Shown here piece after piece: positions 1 to 9,759 of a DNA stretch of 53,189 nucleotides; within the stretch, counting starts at the first letter, position 1, and every line of letters begins with the position of its first letter. The stretch is from a virus (Duplodnaviria > Caudoviricetes). The stretch covers positions 1-53,189 of IMG/VR virus record IMGVR_UViG_3300025769_000160; one strand, written 5' to 3'. The translations under genes and the position numbers were made by a program. The notes beneath the pieces were generated by a model. It was not told the DNA's origin. It searched no databases and saw only the letters and a list, made by a program, of their open reading frames with translations.

Positions 1-1890
1 CGATGCTCTACTTAACAGGTTTGTTACAACGCCAGCACCTTCCTGCTGGAGGCTACTGCTTGTAATTCCTAGTTCTTGCTGTTGTCTTGCTATTGCACCA
101 TCTACGTTAGTATCGGTATAGCCCAATACGCGAGAGAATTTTTTTACAGAGTCATAGAGGGCTGCATTTTTATCCTCTTTTAATTCTTCATAAAGTCTAC
201 CTTTAGAAATAGTATTGTTTATAAGATTTGCTACAAAATCTAATTTTTGCAGCGTCTGTTCTAAGTTATCGGTGGGGCCACCCATCATTTTTAACGCTCT
301 TTCTACGTCAGTATCAGAAATGGTTCGGCCACCAGTGCCGCCCTGAAGAATAGAAGTTAACTGGTACGCAAGCATATTCTGTAACATTTCTACTTGTGCA
401 GCAGCCACACCTTTAGCATCTTGAGAGGCTTCTGCACTAGATAATTTTTTTCCTATTTCTCTAAGTCTACTTTGTGTTTTAGAAGACATTGCTCTATATG
501 GTTTATTATCTTTAGTGTTATAGCGAATTTGAGTACCACTATCTATAACAGACTGAGCTTGAGCACTAAGATTTTTTACAAAAGAAGGAACAGAAGTCAT
601 CAGTGCTTGAAAGCCCGTTAAAATACTGCTACCAACTCCTACAACTTCAACTTGTTCTCTTAAAGCATTTAATGTATTTTTCGCTGCTGATGCAAGAGGA
701 CGAGACTCCTGAACCATCTTTATTTCTGCTTTAATATTAGTATCGTTTTTAGAAAGTTGTTGAATTGTTTTAGGTTGAGGCCTAGCATTTACTTTAGGTC
801 TAAAGCTAGCATTTTGTCTTCCATAGAGTGATACTAAAGAGTATGCTTCATCTTTTAAAGTTCCATCTTCATTAACAAACCCATTATCAGGGTTATACAA
901 CCATTCTCTTGCTTCTTTAATTTGCTGTTCAGTGCCACTACCAATTTGAGAAAAGTATTTAACAGTAGGACTAGACGCTGCTACATATATTTTATTAATA
1001 TCAGAGTCGTTACCTGCTCCCGGATCATAGGGGCCTATAAGTTTTAACATTTCTGCTCCAGCTTGAGCAGGGTTCATCTTACTTCGCCTAACACTACTAA
1101 AGGAAGCGATAGCATCTTTAACTTCGGGAGTATCCGGCATTCTAAGATTATTGCCAAGAACCCTTGTTTGAGAAACTTCAGGACTTCCTGTTTGTGGCAT
1201 TTTTGTAGTGTTGTCTTGTATGCTTAAAAAAGCATTTCTTACAAAAGGGCTTCCTTTCAATACACCGCTGTAAATAGCAGCAACATCAGGATCAGGATTT
1301 GAATCCGTTGAATTTAAATTATACGCCATCTGATATACAGAAAGAAGTTTACGTTTAAGCTCTGGACCCGTCTTTGCATCGTTGTAAGCTGCTTCAAATT
1401 TTTCAGGCTCACTAACAAAGGCAGTCAAGGGATTGACGACCCTCTCCCGCTCTGATGCTCCTTTGAGCCATTCAAAACCACCAGCACTAGAATAGAGTTT
1501 TGCCCTATTTGCTTTTTGTCTAAGCTTTTCTGCCTCTATTTTAGCTTCTTTATTTATACCAGCAACTTTTGCTGCTGATTTTGCGCGTGTTTTAGCAGCT
1601 TCTTCTGCTGATGTTGCACCTTGATCAGCAGCGTATCTGCGGGATGCTGCATTTATTCTAGCAGCATCTAAGCGGGCTTCTGCGCCTGTTGTAGCAGTCT
1701 TTTCCTCTGCTTTAAGTCGCCTCTTAAGAATTAACTCTTTAGTAGCCCTATCAAATTCAAGTTTGTTAAGTTCTCTCTGTTCCTCTTGTTCTGCTAACTT
1801 CTCTGCTGCCTGAGTCTGCTGATACTTATTAATCTGATTATTTACAGCGCCCAAAGCTCCAGTTGCAAACGACATAAAAGGTGATACCAT
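1..1890 (-). CDS. Internal virion (ejection) protein, 3'-truncated by the window edge
   Basis: Missing from the ORF track because it runs off the edge. ATG at 1890 overlaps the upstream stop and gives MVSPFMSFATGALGAVNNQINKYQQ..., then a coiled-coil and a late motif ILQGGTGGRTISDTDVERAL. The frame was open wherever I checked, including the codons nearest base 1. Function inferred from position and composition. Confidence 0.65.
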   Translation of the reverse strand, partial: MVSPFMSFATGALGAVNNQINKYQQTQAAEKLAEQEEQRELNKLEFDRATKELILKRRLKAEEKTATTGAEARLDAARINAASRRYAADQGATSAEEAAKTRAKSAAKVAGINKEAKIEAEKLRQKANRAKLYSSAGGFEWLKGASERERVVNPLTAFVSEPEKFEAAYNDAKTGPELKRKLLSVYQMAYNLNSTDSNPDPDVAAIYSGVLKGSPFVRNAFLSIQDNTTKMPQTGSPEVSQTRVLGNNLRMPDTPEVKDAIASFSSVRRSKMNPAQAGAEMLKLIGPYDPGAGNDSDINKIYVAASSPTVKYFSQIGSGTEQQIKEAREWLYNPDNGFVNEDGTLKDEAYSLVSLYGRQNASFRPKVNARPQPKTIQQLSKNDTNIKAEIKMVQESRPLASAAKNTLNALREQVEVVGVGSSILTGFQALMTSVPSFVKNLSAQAQSVIDSGTQIRYNTKDNKPYRAMSSKTQSRLREIGKKLSSAEASQDAKGVAAAQVEMLQNMLAYQLTSILQGGTGGRTISDTDVERALKMMGGPTDNLEQTLQKLDFVANLINNTISKGRLYEELKEDKNAALYDSVKKFSRVLGYTDTNVDGAIARQQQELGITSSSLQQEGAGVVTNLLSRAS

Positions 1891-2555
1891 TATACTAATT
1901 CCTCTTGTTCTTCTTCCATAGACATAAAGCCTTCATCCACAGGAGTAGGCTCAGACATCTCTTCCATATCGCCCATCATGCCGCCTTCTGTTACTTCTTC
2001 TCCTTCAGGAGACTCATCAAGGTCTTCTAACAGTACATCAGCAGCATACATTAGCTTGTTATACATATCCGGTCTGTTCTTCTCCATAAGCTCAAGAACG
2101 GCTTCTTCAGACACCATGTTCTTCTCTTTTGTAACTTCAGGATCAATGTTAAAAATTGTAGCCGGAATCTCATTCTCTATAGCTAACCCCATAAAGTGCA
2201 TAGCTATCGGAGGCTTGAGTATTTCAGCCATGTCGGGTGTCCAGTACCCCTCGCTAAAACCAGCAAATACAATGGTATTTGTTATCGCTTCAATAGGAGT
2301 ACCGGCTAATAGCAGTCGCAAGAAGTTCTCTTCAACATCTGGCTTCTCCACCCGCTCAACCACATACATCATCGCTTCTTCAGGATTTGTATATACAGGA
2401 GGTTTTTCCCACGCCCAGTTCTGAGGGGGCTGTGTAAGAGAATGTCCGGGGATAGGGGCGTTGAACCTATCAATAGCCTTTGTGCTTCCCGGCTCTGGAG
2501 ATTTTAACTCCTCAATTTTAGGATCGCGGTAATACGGATCAGGATTTAATGGCAT
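1890..2555 (-). CDS. Hypothetical phage protein (virion module)
   Basis: 221-aa ORF with motif APIPGHSLT..P.NWAWEKPP and an acidic tail; GGAG-like RBS; co-oriented with virion genes. Confidence 0.7.
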   Translation of the reverse strand: MPLNPDPYYRDPKIEELKSPEPGSTKAIDRFNAPIPGHSLTQPPQNWAWEKPPVYTNPEEAMMYVVERVEKPDVEENFLRLLLAGTPIEAITNTIVFAGFSEGYWTPDMAEILKPPIAMHFMGLAIENEIPATIFNIDPEVTKEKNMVSEEAVLELMEKNRPDMYNKLMYAADVLLEDLDESPEGEEVTEGGMMGDMEEMSEPTPVDEGFMSMEEEQEELV

Positions 2556-2566
2556 AGTTTATTCCT

Positions 2567-3256
2567 CTACACATACTGGCTTTGTCTAATATTAAGGCCT
2601 CTTAAGCTGCTAGGATTTGCAATGGTGCGGCCCTTGGGAGTATTAGTCCCTGCAATCAATTCGCTTAAATCTCTAACGGGCTTACCACCATTAGCCGCCA
2701 TAGCCTGCATAGCTGCTTGCGCTCTAGGAGAAAGACCTGCTAACTGTGCAGAACGGGCAACACCCGGATCACCCACTGGTCTGGTTGGTAGCATTCTTGC
2801 TGCAGGGCTTCTTGGCCCAGCATTTTGATTTGCTTGACCCCTTTGGCCCCCTTGGCCCCCTTGTCCTTTAAGAACAGCACCCGCAGCACCTGCAAAACTT
2901 TTAATTAATTTAGCCGTTTCTTTGTCTACACCTAAATTTTCGTACAGGAAATCTTGTGCCTGTTTAAGGTAGCTACGGTCATCATAAGGCTCAAAGTAAC
3001 CGCCTTTTTGATAATCTCCACTACTATAGCCGTATTCATCGAATCCATCCCCACCGCTAACATATGTAAGAAAGGAATCATCTATATTTCCTTCATCATC
3101 ATAGTTAAGATTCTGATCGGGATAATCATCATAATCATCAGAAGATGTGTAATTAAAAGTAGAGGCACTGCTTCCACCACTGTCAAATGCAGAGGTTACG
3201 CCATAGTATGCATCGCTAACAAACTCTGAAATGCCATCAAATATACTAAAATCCAT
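2567..3256 (-). CDS. Hypothetical protein, putative internal virion protein
   Basis: 229 aa, D/Y/G-rich N-terminal half and basic C-terminal half; directly follows the upstream stop (TAA ATG). Confidence 0.6.
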   Translation of the reverse strand: MDFSIFDGISEFVSDAYYGVTSAFDSGGSSASTFNYTSSDDYDDYPDQNLNYDDEGNIDDSFLTYVSGGDGFDEYGYSSGDYQKGGYFEPYDDRSYLKQAQDFLYENLGVDKETAKLIKSFAGAAGAVLKGQGGQGGQRGQANQNAGPRSPAARMLPTRPVGDPGVARSAQLAGLSPRAQAAMQAMAANGGKPVRDLSELIAGTNTPKGRTIANPSSLRGLNIRQSQYV

Positions 3257-4657
3257 TTAAGCCCCCAATACGCCAAAGACGCCCTGAATAACGGTATTAC
3301 CCAATGTATTGTAAAAAGTATCTTCAGCTTGCTTCTCATACAATTCAGAATTAAAATCCTGCTGCTGTGCAAGTACTGCAGTATTATGCGCCCTCTGCGC
3401 TGCATTCTCAGAAATAGTTACCATCCATCCTGCCTCATCTCTATACCTCTGCCAAAGTTTATCCATGCTTGATTGTGTTATACCAAGAAGGTTAAGTGCG
3501 TTAGTCCGATTAACCTCGTTCTCTTCTGCAGTATTAGCCGTATTGATATTTCTACGCCATACAGCATTAGACTGTTGAATTAAATTTTCATTGTTTACGT
3601 TAAACTGCTCCCTAGCATCGTTTAACTTTTCATAATATCTTGTAGATGCATTAGTCTGGTCAGTATTAAACTGGTCCATAGCGGCTAACCGACTAGCATT
3701 AGCGTTCTGTACCTGAGTATCAAGCTCTGTAAAGAACTGATCCACCTGTAGCTGAGACTTAGCATTAAACTGTCTAGCGGCATTCTCTTGCGCCTGATCA
3801 GTAAAGAGTTTCTGAAACTGTGACTGCAGGTCAATAGTTTTTAGCTGCTGTTCGTTAGTAAGGTTTTGTGTGTCTATCTGAAGAAAAGCGCGGGAGTTAT
3901 TTACCGCTGCTGTCATTCGCGCATCTAGATTAGCTTTATCCATTGCAGCGTAAGTAGCGGCATTCTGTAGAGTAGCCTGTTGTTTATTGTTTAAACTTTG
4001 AAGCTGTATAGTAGCATACTTGTTAGCATCCTGTGTTGCTATAGGTATGCCAGATTCCATTATAGCTTGGCTAATAGCAGCCGCTGCCATAGAGGACGCT
4101 CCTAGCCCTCTCTGAGACATCATAGAGCCTACATTACGTACAGCAGGAGCAGCCCAAGGAGGAGGAGGTTGCCCCTCTTCAAAAGATTTAAACAGTTCCC
4201 CTAGCTGAAACTTTACAGTAGCTTTTTCATCTAGCTCTTCTGTAACTCCTACTGCAAGAGCTTCTTCAGAAACTGCACCCTGTATATCTCCAACAACAGA
4301 TTGTGCAGAAAGCTGGCCCTTAGCCGCTTCAAATTCAGGAGTTCCCTCTTCAACAAAGGACTGATACGTAGCCGCTGCTGTTCTAGTAGGAGTGGGAAGT
4401 TCTAGCCCTGTCATACTAGCCGTTTGTATAGGAGGAGCAACATCAGCAAGCTTTTCAGAAGAAGCAAAAAGCTCATCCTCCTGTAAAGTTCTAGGAGTAA
4501 AAGGTACTTTTGCAGCTTCAGGTATCTGATAATTAGGCTCTGATAGATTAGCCTCTTGAGCAACCCTATCTAAAAGCGATACTTGTCCCTGCTCCTCGTC
4601 AATCGTCAGCGGTGTGACATCTGTAGCAGTTGCTGTTGATTCTGTCTCTTCAGCCAT
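3257..4657 (-). CDS. Internal virion / DNA-ejection protein
   Basis: 466 aa, Q/N/A-rich coiled-coil with repeated QFN units and an RGLGASSMAAAA segment, as in podovirus ejection proteins. Confidence 0.65.
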   Translation of the reverse strand: MAEETESTATATDVTPLTIDEEQGQVSLLDRVAQEANLSEPNYQIPEAAKVPFTPRTLQEDELFASSEKLADVAPPIQTASMTGLELPTPTRTAAATYQSFVEEGTPEFEAAKGQLSAQSVVGDIQGAVSEEALAVGVTEELDEKATVKFQLGELFKSFEEGQPPPPWAAPAVRNVGSMMSQRGLGASSMAAAAISQAIMESGIPIATQDANKYATIQLQSLNNKQQATLQNAATYAAMDKANLDARMTAAVNNSRAFLQIDTQNLTNEQQLKTIDLQSQFQKLFTDQAQENAARQFNAKSQLQVDQFFTELDTQVQNANASRLAAMDQFNTDQTNASTRYYEKLNDAREQFNVNNENLIQQSNAVWRRNINTANTAEENEVNRTNALNLLGITQSSMDKLWQRYRDEAGWMVTISENAAQRAHNTAVLAQQQDFNSELYEKQAEDTFYNTLGNTVIQGVFGVLGA

Positions 4658-4661
4658 TTAG

Positions 4662-4850
4662 TTATTCCTTATGTAATCTTTCTTTAAACAAGTCTTCGGC
4701 CTGTTCTTTACTTTGCTGCTGTGTTAGATTTTGAGTGATAGCTGCCAACTTTGCTTCAAGCTCTGCATTTTTAGACATAGCTGCATCCCTTTGACGAACT
4801 AAAACTCTTATAAGATTTTCAGTGTAAGTGTTATCCATTTCCTTCTTCAT
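4662..4850 (-). CDS. Small coiled-coil hypothetical protein
   Basis: 62-aa ORF packed between co-oriented neighbours; heptad pattern. Confidence 0.55.
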   Translation of the reverse strand: MKKEMDNTYTENLIRVLVRQRDAAMSKNAELEAKLAAITQNLTQQQSKEQAEDLFKERLHKE

Positions 4851-5028
4851 CTTTAGCTCCTTTAAGCATTGCCCATAACCTAAAGATTAAAAGTATAGAA
4901 CCGCCCACAAGCATAAACAATTGAAGAGTCTGCTCTAAATGTTGCAGCCATATAGGAGTTGACACAAGGCTAGTTCCTATAACTGCATCTACTATATTTT
5001 TAATACTTTCAGGATTCTTAGGGTCCAT
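4831..5028 (-). CDS. Small membrane protein (holin-like)
   Basis: 65 aa with two hydrophobic stretches and a charged C-terminus. Confidence 0.5.
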   Translation of the reverse strand: MDPKNPESIKNIVDAVIGTSLVSTPIWLQHLEQTLQLFMLVGGSILLIFRLWAMLKGAKDEEGNG

Positions 5029-5031
5029 ACT

Positions 5032-5059
5032 ATTATACCTTTTTTCAAGTAAAAGTCAA
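5032..5059 (-). promoter_or_regulatory. Sigma70-type promoter upstream of the internal-virion genes
   Basis: Minus strand TTGACT (5059-5054), 16-bp spacer, TATAAT (5037-5032), in an intergenic gap. Confidence 0.6.
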
Positions 5060-5072
5060 GTTAAACATTGTA

Positions 5073-5435
5073 TTAAGAAGCAGTTCTAGAACTTGCTACA
5101 GGAGGATGTACACCATTATGCATTTTCCTTAAAGATTCCGTTGCAGACTTTAAACTATCTATATCTGCTTGCATCTTTGCTGTAGCCATGTGTTCTCTTC
5201 TAAGATTTTCAGGGCTATTCATTTGAGCAAGTATGTCAAGACGTTGTTTTTGTGTGCTATGGTAGGTGTCTAACGTATCTACACGTTTATCCATAGCACG
5301 AAGTCTTTTTTCAATATCTGCTAAGTTTTCTAATATAACTTTAATCTGCATTTTGCCAACAGCAGCAGCACCAGCTACAGAAAAAAGTATACCGCCAAGA
5401 GTTATGATCAGGCGAAGATCAATTGCTCCATCCAC
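5073..5435 (-). CDS. Membrane-anchored coiled-coil protein
   Basis: 120 aa; N-terminal TM segment (LIITLGGILFSVAGAAAV) followed by coiled-coil. Confidence 0.65.
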   Translation of the reverse strand: MDGAIDLRLIITLGGILFSVAGAAAVGKMQIKVILENLADIEKRLRAMDKRVDTLDTYHSTQKQRLDILAQMNSPENLRREHMATAKMQADIDSLKSATESLRKMHNGVHPPVASSRTAS

Positions 5436-5436
5436 T

Positions 5437-6042
5437 TTAGTTACTTTCTAATACAAAATTAAAAGCTATACTAACTCGTCTTTCAGATTTATTTGGCATT
5501 ACACTATGTAAAAGATAGCTAGGAAACATAATTAAAGCACTCTCTACCGGCCTAACAAACATTTGAGTTAAATTTCTTTCATTTTGTTTTAATATTGGTG
5601 TGCATCGCATGTTGTCGTGAAAAGGGGATTTAAATACTAAAGGCCCATCTTCCTTTGAAGCACATGGATAGTAAATTGCACTTATGTCTGAATCGGGATG
5701 ATTATGTGTTTCTTGAGAATGTCCTGCACTATATGCGTTCAACCAAGAGTCTCTAATTTTTAATTTGTAGTTAACCGTGTCATATTCTAACAGATCACAA
5801 AACTCATTTGCTACACTTAGTACAGGGTCTTTAAGCTGTAAAAAATTAGGGTGATCAATTATATTTTCTCCAACTCCAGAAACATATAATTCGCAACACC
5901 AATTAATTGGTTTTTTATTCTTATTATTTTTTATAAAAGTATCTAAATTGTCTAAAATGCCCTTGTTTATTTTATCAGCTTTAGGAATACGTTTTTGTAA
6001 AACAGGAACTGCAAAAAACCCGTTAAAAAGAGTATCACTCAT
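5437..6042 (-). CDS. 2OG-Fe(II) oxygenase, TIGR02466-like
   Basis: SWLN...HNHP (HxH), ISAIYY, MFPSYLLHSV..N...RVSIAFN motifs. Confidence 0.85.
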   Translation of the reverse strand: MSDTLFNGFFAVPVLQKRIPKADKINKGILDNLDTFIKNNKNKKPINWCCELYVSGVGENIIDHPNFLQLKDPVLSVANEFCDLLEYDTVNYKLKIRDSWLNAYSAGHSQETHNHPDSDISAIYYPCASKEDGPLVFKSPFHDNMRCTPILKQNERNLTQMFVRPVESALIMFPSYLLHSVMPNKSERRVSIAFNFVLESN

Positions 6043-6274
6043 CTATACGCGTAAACCTGTTAGCATAAGTTGCTTGAACGTACACCTCACACTCTTCCCT
6101 AGAGGCATTATACTCCTCTTCCGTATATGTGCTACCAAAGTTTTCTATTGCAGCCTCCATTGCTAAACTAGAAGAATGTTCTGGAACATGGTTGGGATAC
6201 CTTTCTCCAGCTTTTCCTATCTCAATATACTTAGATAACATAAAGTCGTATGGTTCAGCCATAACATTCCTCAA
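6035..6274 (-). CDS. Hypothetical protein
   Basis: 79-aa ORF overlapping both neighbours; real start may be the internal Met of MAEPY. Confidence 0.5.
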   Translation of the reverse strand: MRNVMAEPYDFMLSKYIEIGKAGERYPNHVPEHSSSLAMEAAIENFGSTYTEEEYNASREECEVYVQATYANRFTRIDE

Positions 6275-7584
6275 AAATAAGCGTTTTCAATATAGTGAAA
6301 CTTAGCAGTGTCTTGATGCCAAATACCAAGATCAGTATTGTTTTTCATAAATATAGGCCATATGGAGGCAGAAGATGAGCTTGAAAAGGTTGTTACTGCT
6401 GTTTGTTTAGTCTCCACTGTGTGAGTCCCATCTGAATTAGAAAAGTCTATAGTTATGGTATCTACTAGCATGTCAGAGCCACTGGTGTAAACTCTTGCTG
6501 TTCGATATAAATCTGGATTACTTCCACTTCTATCTTGACCACACGAATACTTTGGGTAATTACCTGCATATCTAATTCCATCCAATCCTTGCCAAAAACA
6601 CTGTCCTGCGGGTACATCCGTGCCACCATCAAAAGCTACTGAACTGCCAACGGTTGCTGTACCGCCCGACCATGTAATTGGATATACTACTGAATTGGCT
6701 GGATTTGCGGTATCTGAATGTATTAAAACATTACCCCAAGTTGTGGCAAGCAGACGTGGCCTCTCAGTGCTGCCAGTGTGTGTTGGTAAAGTTACTGCGC
6801 TGTCATTATCTGTTCTTGTGAGTGATCCGCTTGCTGAACCTGTCCAAGACATATGATTGATGTCAACCCGTGTCGTTGCATCAGTAAACGTATTTGAGTT
6901 AGCATTATTTAAGAATATAAATTCATTTATTGTTCCGAGGTTTGCATATTCACTGCCGCCTCCCGGAGATGACAATTCATAATGATAGTTTGCACTTGAA
7001 TCACCAGAAGAGGCTGATATTGTAGTGGATGCGCCGCCAGAATATGTCCCCATATAAAATCGCTGTTGATTAGCGTTTATTCCCCATACACCCTGTGTGT
7101 CATTTAATCGGTATCCCCCACCATATCTTTGTGCGGCTGATACTACATTTATATTATTATCAAAACTACCAAGGTTTGCAGCAAGATCAGTAAAATACTT
7201 TCTTGCCGTAAACCCACCAGCAGCAGAACGCATACCCCATATACCTCGATCAAGAGATAACTGTTGCCCCGACCCAGAGTGGGAGGATGATCCTAAGGCA
7301 TACATTGTCCAATCAGAGGCAAGTTCAGTAAATTCGTGAGTTGAAATGTTATAAGAAATTGGTGTCGTTGCATAATAATTGGTATTGTATGGTGCAACCA
7401 TCATTAGCCAATTGTCTGCTGTGCCTGACTGAGTATTGGTTTCATCATCATCATAAACCCAATCTCCGCCTACAGACCATATACCCGCATCACTTGAACT
7501 TGTTAAATCGTCTATATAGACAACTGCTTCTGGAGGCGCACTACCCCCTGCACCAAACCCTAGAATTTGATATCCAAAACTCAT
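6271..7584 (-). CDS. Putative receptor-binding / tail-fibre-associated protein
   Basis: 437 aa, S/G/T/aromatic-rich beta-type composition; N-terminal MSFGYQILGFGAGG leader; directly after the tail fibre. Confidence 0.6.
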   Translation of the reverse strand: MSFGYQILGFGAGGSAPPEAVVYIDDLTSSSDAGIWSVGGDWVYDDDETNTQSGTADNWLMMVAPYNTNYYATTPISYNISTHEFTELASDWTMYALGSSSHSGSGQQLSLDRGIWGMRSAAGGFTARKYFTDLAANLGSFDNNINVVSAAQRYGGGYRLNDTQGVWGINANQQRFYMGTYSGGASTTISASSGDSSANYHYELSSPGGGSEYANLGTINEFIFLNNANSNTFTDATTRVDINHMSWTGSASGSLTRTDNDSAVTLPTHTGSTERPRLLATTWGNVLIHSDTANPANSVVYPITWSGGTATVGSSVAFDGGTDVPAGQCFWQGLDGIRYAGNYPKYSCGQDRSGSNPDLYRTARVYTSGSDMLVDTITIDFSNSDGTHTVETKQTAVTTFSSSSSASIWPIFMKNNTDLGIWHQDTAKFHYIENAYF

Positions 7585-7596
7585 ATTTTACTCCAA

Positions 7597-9759
7597 TTAG
7601 GCATCGTTGGCTGCATCAGTGGTAAAGAATAACTTTATACCGAGTAGTCGCGCATCTTCTGCCATATCATCGTTACCATCAGAAACATCTCTAAATATCC
7701 TAAAGAAACACATATCTGCATCAGCAGGGCTTCCTGCTATCGTAATTGCACCGCTTTCTGCGGTTACACACAAATCTTCTGCAGCACTTAAAGCGTCATC
7801 TGTTACAACCACTGCAGTACCATATGCAACGTCAATAGTATCATTATCAGAGACTGCTACGCCTTGCAGACCCCAAGCAACACCATCCGTGTCCGTTGCA
7901 GTAGTTGTCCAAAAAACCTGAAAAGTAACTGTGCCTTCATTCCAGCTTTTTGGAAATGCAATTTGAAACTGAGCGTGTGTATCTGCCGAGGCTTCAAAGT
8001 CCAAAACATTCATGTCAGGACGGCCAGAGGTTGTTTCTGCTGTGGTTAACGACGCACAACCATTTGTCGCAGTGGGGGTCATAGCCGCTGCAGGTACAAA
8101 GATAGTCTCTTTACCTGCCGTCTTAATCGCTGCACTTGAAACTGTAGGGGCTTGTGTAAAGTTAACCACACCGCCAGAGGAGATTGATAGCGCATCTGTA
8201 TCTGATGCAGAACCAATAGTGCCAGCATCCTTAATGACAATATCATCCTTAAATGTAACAATACCTGCAGAAGATATGGTCATCGCATCGGTTGCAGATG
8301 CAGAACCAACCGTCCCATCATCAGGCACGGTGACATTAGTGCCTGTAAGAGCTACTGTTCCTGCAGTTGCAGGTAAAGTTATTGTCACATCCGCTGTAGA
8401 TGCAGGGCCAATGAGAGTGACAGCGTTTGTGCCATTGTCACTGTCCTCAAAAAACTTCACAAAACCAGCACTGGTTGCGCCATTTTTAAGATCAGCACCC
8501 GCATTAATTACAGGGGTCGTTAGTGTTTTATTTGTTAGCGTAGATGTAGAAGCATCTGATACTAAAGTTGAGTTACCGCCTGTGCTTGGTATGGTTAAAA
8601 CATTGTTAGCACTTTCTGAGTGAGGCGCAGCTTTTATTTGCTGTCCATGAGTGTTGGCTTCACAGTTGAATTGAATAGTGCCTTGGTTAGTATTACCTCG
8701 AACAGTTACATGGCCTGTGCCATTTGGGGCTAATTCTAGATCAGCGTTTGAAGTGGTCACAATATCCTGACCATTCATGTCTAGATCACCGCCCAACTGA
8801 GGTGACGTATCTTCGACGACATTTGATATAGCACCAGAGGTAGCAAGTCCTGCAACTACAGCAGACCTCTGAATTTTCTTTAGTCCACCACCTGACGTAT
8901 CAACAGCTAAGAAAACATCATCGTTTGCAACAGTAGCTATTTCAGACAGAGAACCTACAGCTACGGAATTAAAGTTTGTGCCGTCTGCGATAAGCAAATT
9001 ACCTGCAGTATTTGTTCCCAGTGTTAAATTACCGCCAACACCAAGATTACCTGAAGAGTCTAATGTAAGAGCGGTGCTAGTGCCTATCGCACTGGTGCCA
9101 ATTTTAAACTTGTCACTGTCTCCATCGTCTACACCCATTGTAAATGTCTGTGTGCCAGACAGCGCAAAGGATAGGAAGGGGTCGCCATCAGTCGCAGTAT
9201 TGTCGATGACTAATCCGGTGGTTCCACCCGCGCCTCCAAGGGTTAGGCCGGTATCTGCAGCATGAGTGACCGTGATATCATTATCAGAACCAAAACCAAG
9301 AACTGCACTATCGCTATCTAGCTTGAGATCATTACTAACTGTAACTGCAGTAGAGGCGTTCATATCAATGGTTGCTTCGCCATCAATACGCAGAACACCA
9401 TCAGAGCTTTGTTGAATAAAGCTTGCGGTATCTCCAAACTGTATCTTTTCTGTGGTCGTTAAGAGAATGTCATCAGAAAATTTAAAATAGTCTTCATCTT
9501 CCATCCATGTTAATACGCCATCTGCAGTATTACCATCAAAGGTTACAACAATATCAGTATCGGCTCCTGTACCAAAAGTAATAGTGTTGCTTAAGAGCTT
9601 TTCAATAGCTCCTCCCTCACCATCTGTACCATCATGCTGATGGCCTCCTGTTTCAAAAGCGGCATCAATAGCATCAAACTCTGTGGTAAAATCAGACGCT
9701 TGAATAGTTTCCCCATCTACAAAATTTGTTGGGCTTGTTTTTGTATAAGCTGTACCCAT
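7597..9759 (-). CDS. Tail fibre protein
   Basis: 720 aa, G/T/D/S-rich; N-terminal anchor (F.DGETIQASDF..EFDAI..AF..GHQHDG), VVEDTSPQLGGDLD motif, tandem repeat (DDGTVGSASATDAMTISSAG / DAGTIGSASDTDALSISSGG); follows the nozzle. Confidence 0.85.
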   Translation of the reverse strand: MGTAYTKTSPTNFVDGETIQASDFTTEFDAIDAAFETGGHQHDGTDGEGGAIEKLLSNTITFGTGADTDIVVTFDGNTADGVLTWMEDEDYFKFSDDILLTTTEKIQFGDTASFIQQSSDGVLRIDGEATIDMNASTAVTVSNDLKLDSDSAVLGFGSDNDITVTHAADTGLTLGGAGGTTGLVIDNTATDGDPFLSFALSGTQTFTMGVDDGDSDKFKIGTSAIGTSTALTLDSSGNLGVGGNLTLGTNTAGNLLIADGTNFNSVAVGSLSEIATVANDDVFLAVDTSGGGLKKIQRSAVVAGLATSGAISNVVEDTSPQLGGDLDMNGQDIVTTSNADLELAPNGTGHVTVRGNTNQGTIQFNCEANTHGQQIKAAPHSESANNVLTIPSTGGNSTLVSDASTSTLTNKTLTTPVINAGADLKNGATSAGFVKFFEDSDNGTNAVTLIGPASTADVTITLPATAGTVALTGTNVTVPDDGTVGSASATDAMTISSAGIVTFKDDIVIKDAGTIGSASDTDALSISSGGVVNFTQAPTVSSAAIKTAGKETIFVPAAAMTPTATNGCASLTTAETTSGRPDMNVLDFEASADTHAQFQIAFPKSWNEGTVTFQVFWTTTATDTDGVAWGLQGVAVSDNDTIDVAYGTAVVVTDDALSAAEDLCVTAESGAITIAGSPADADMCFFRIFRDVSDGNDDMAEDARLLGIKLFFTTDAANDA

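Noticed and set aside
8012-8623. 203-aa plus-strand ORF and similar antisense ORFs (e.g. 1978-2424, 27721-28116, 30407-30892, 52113-52565)
   Set aside because: They shadow well-supported genes on the opposite strand and have no RBS or motifs.
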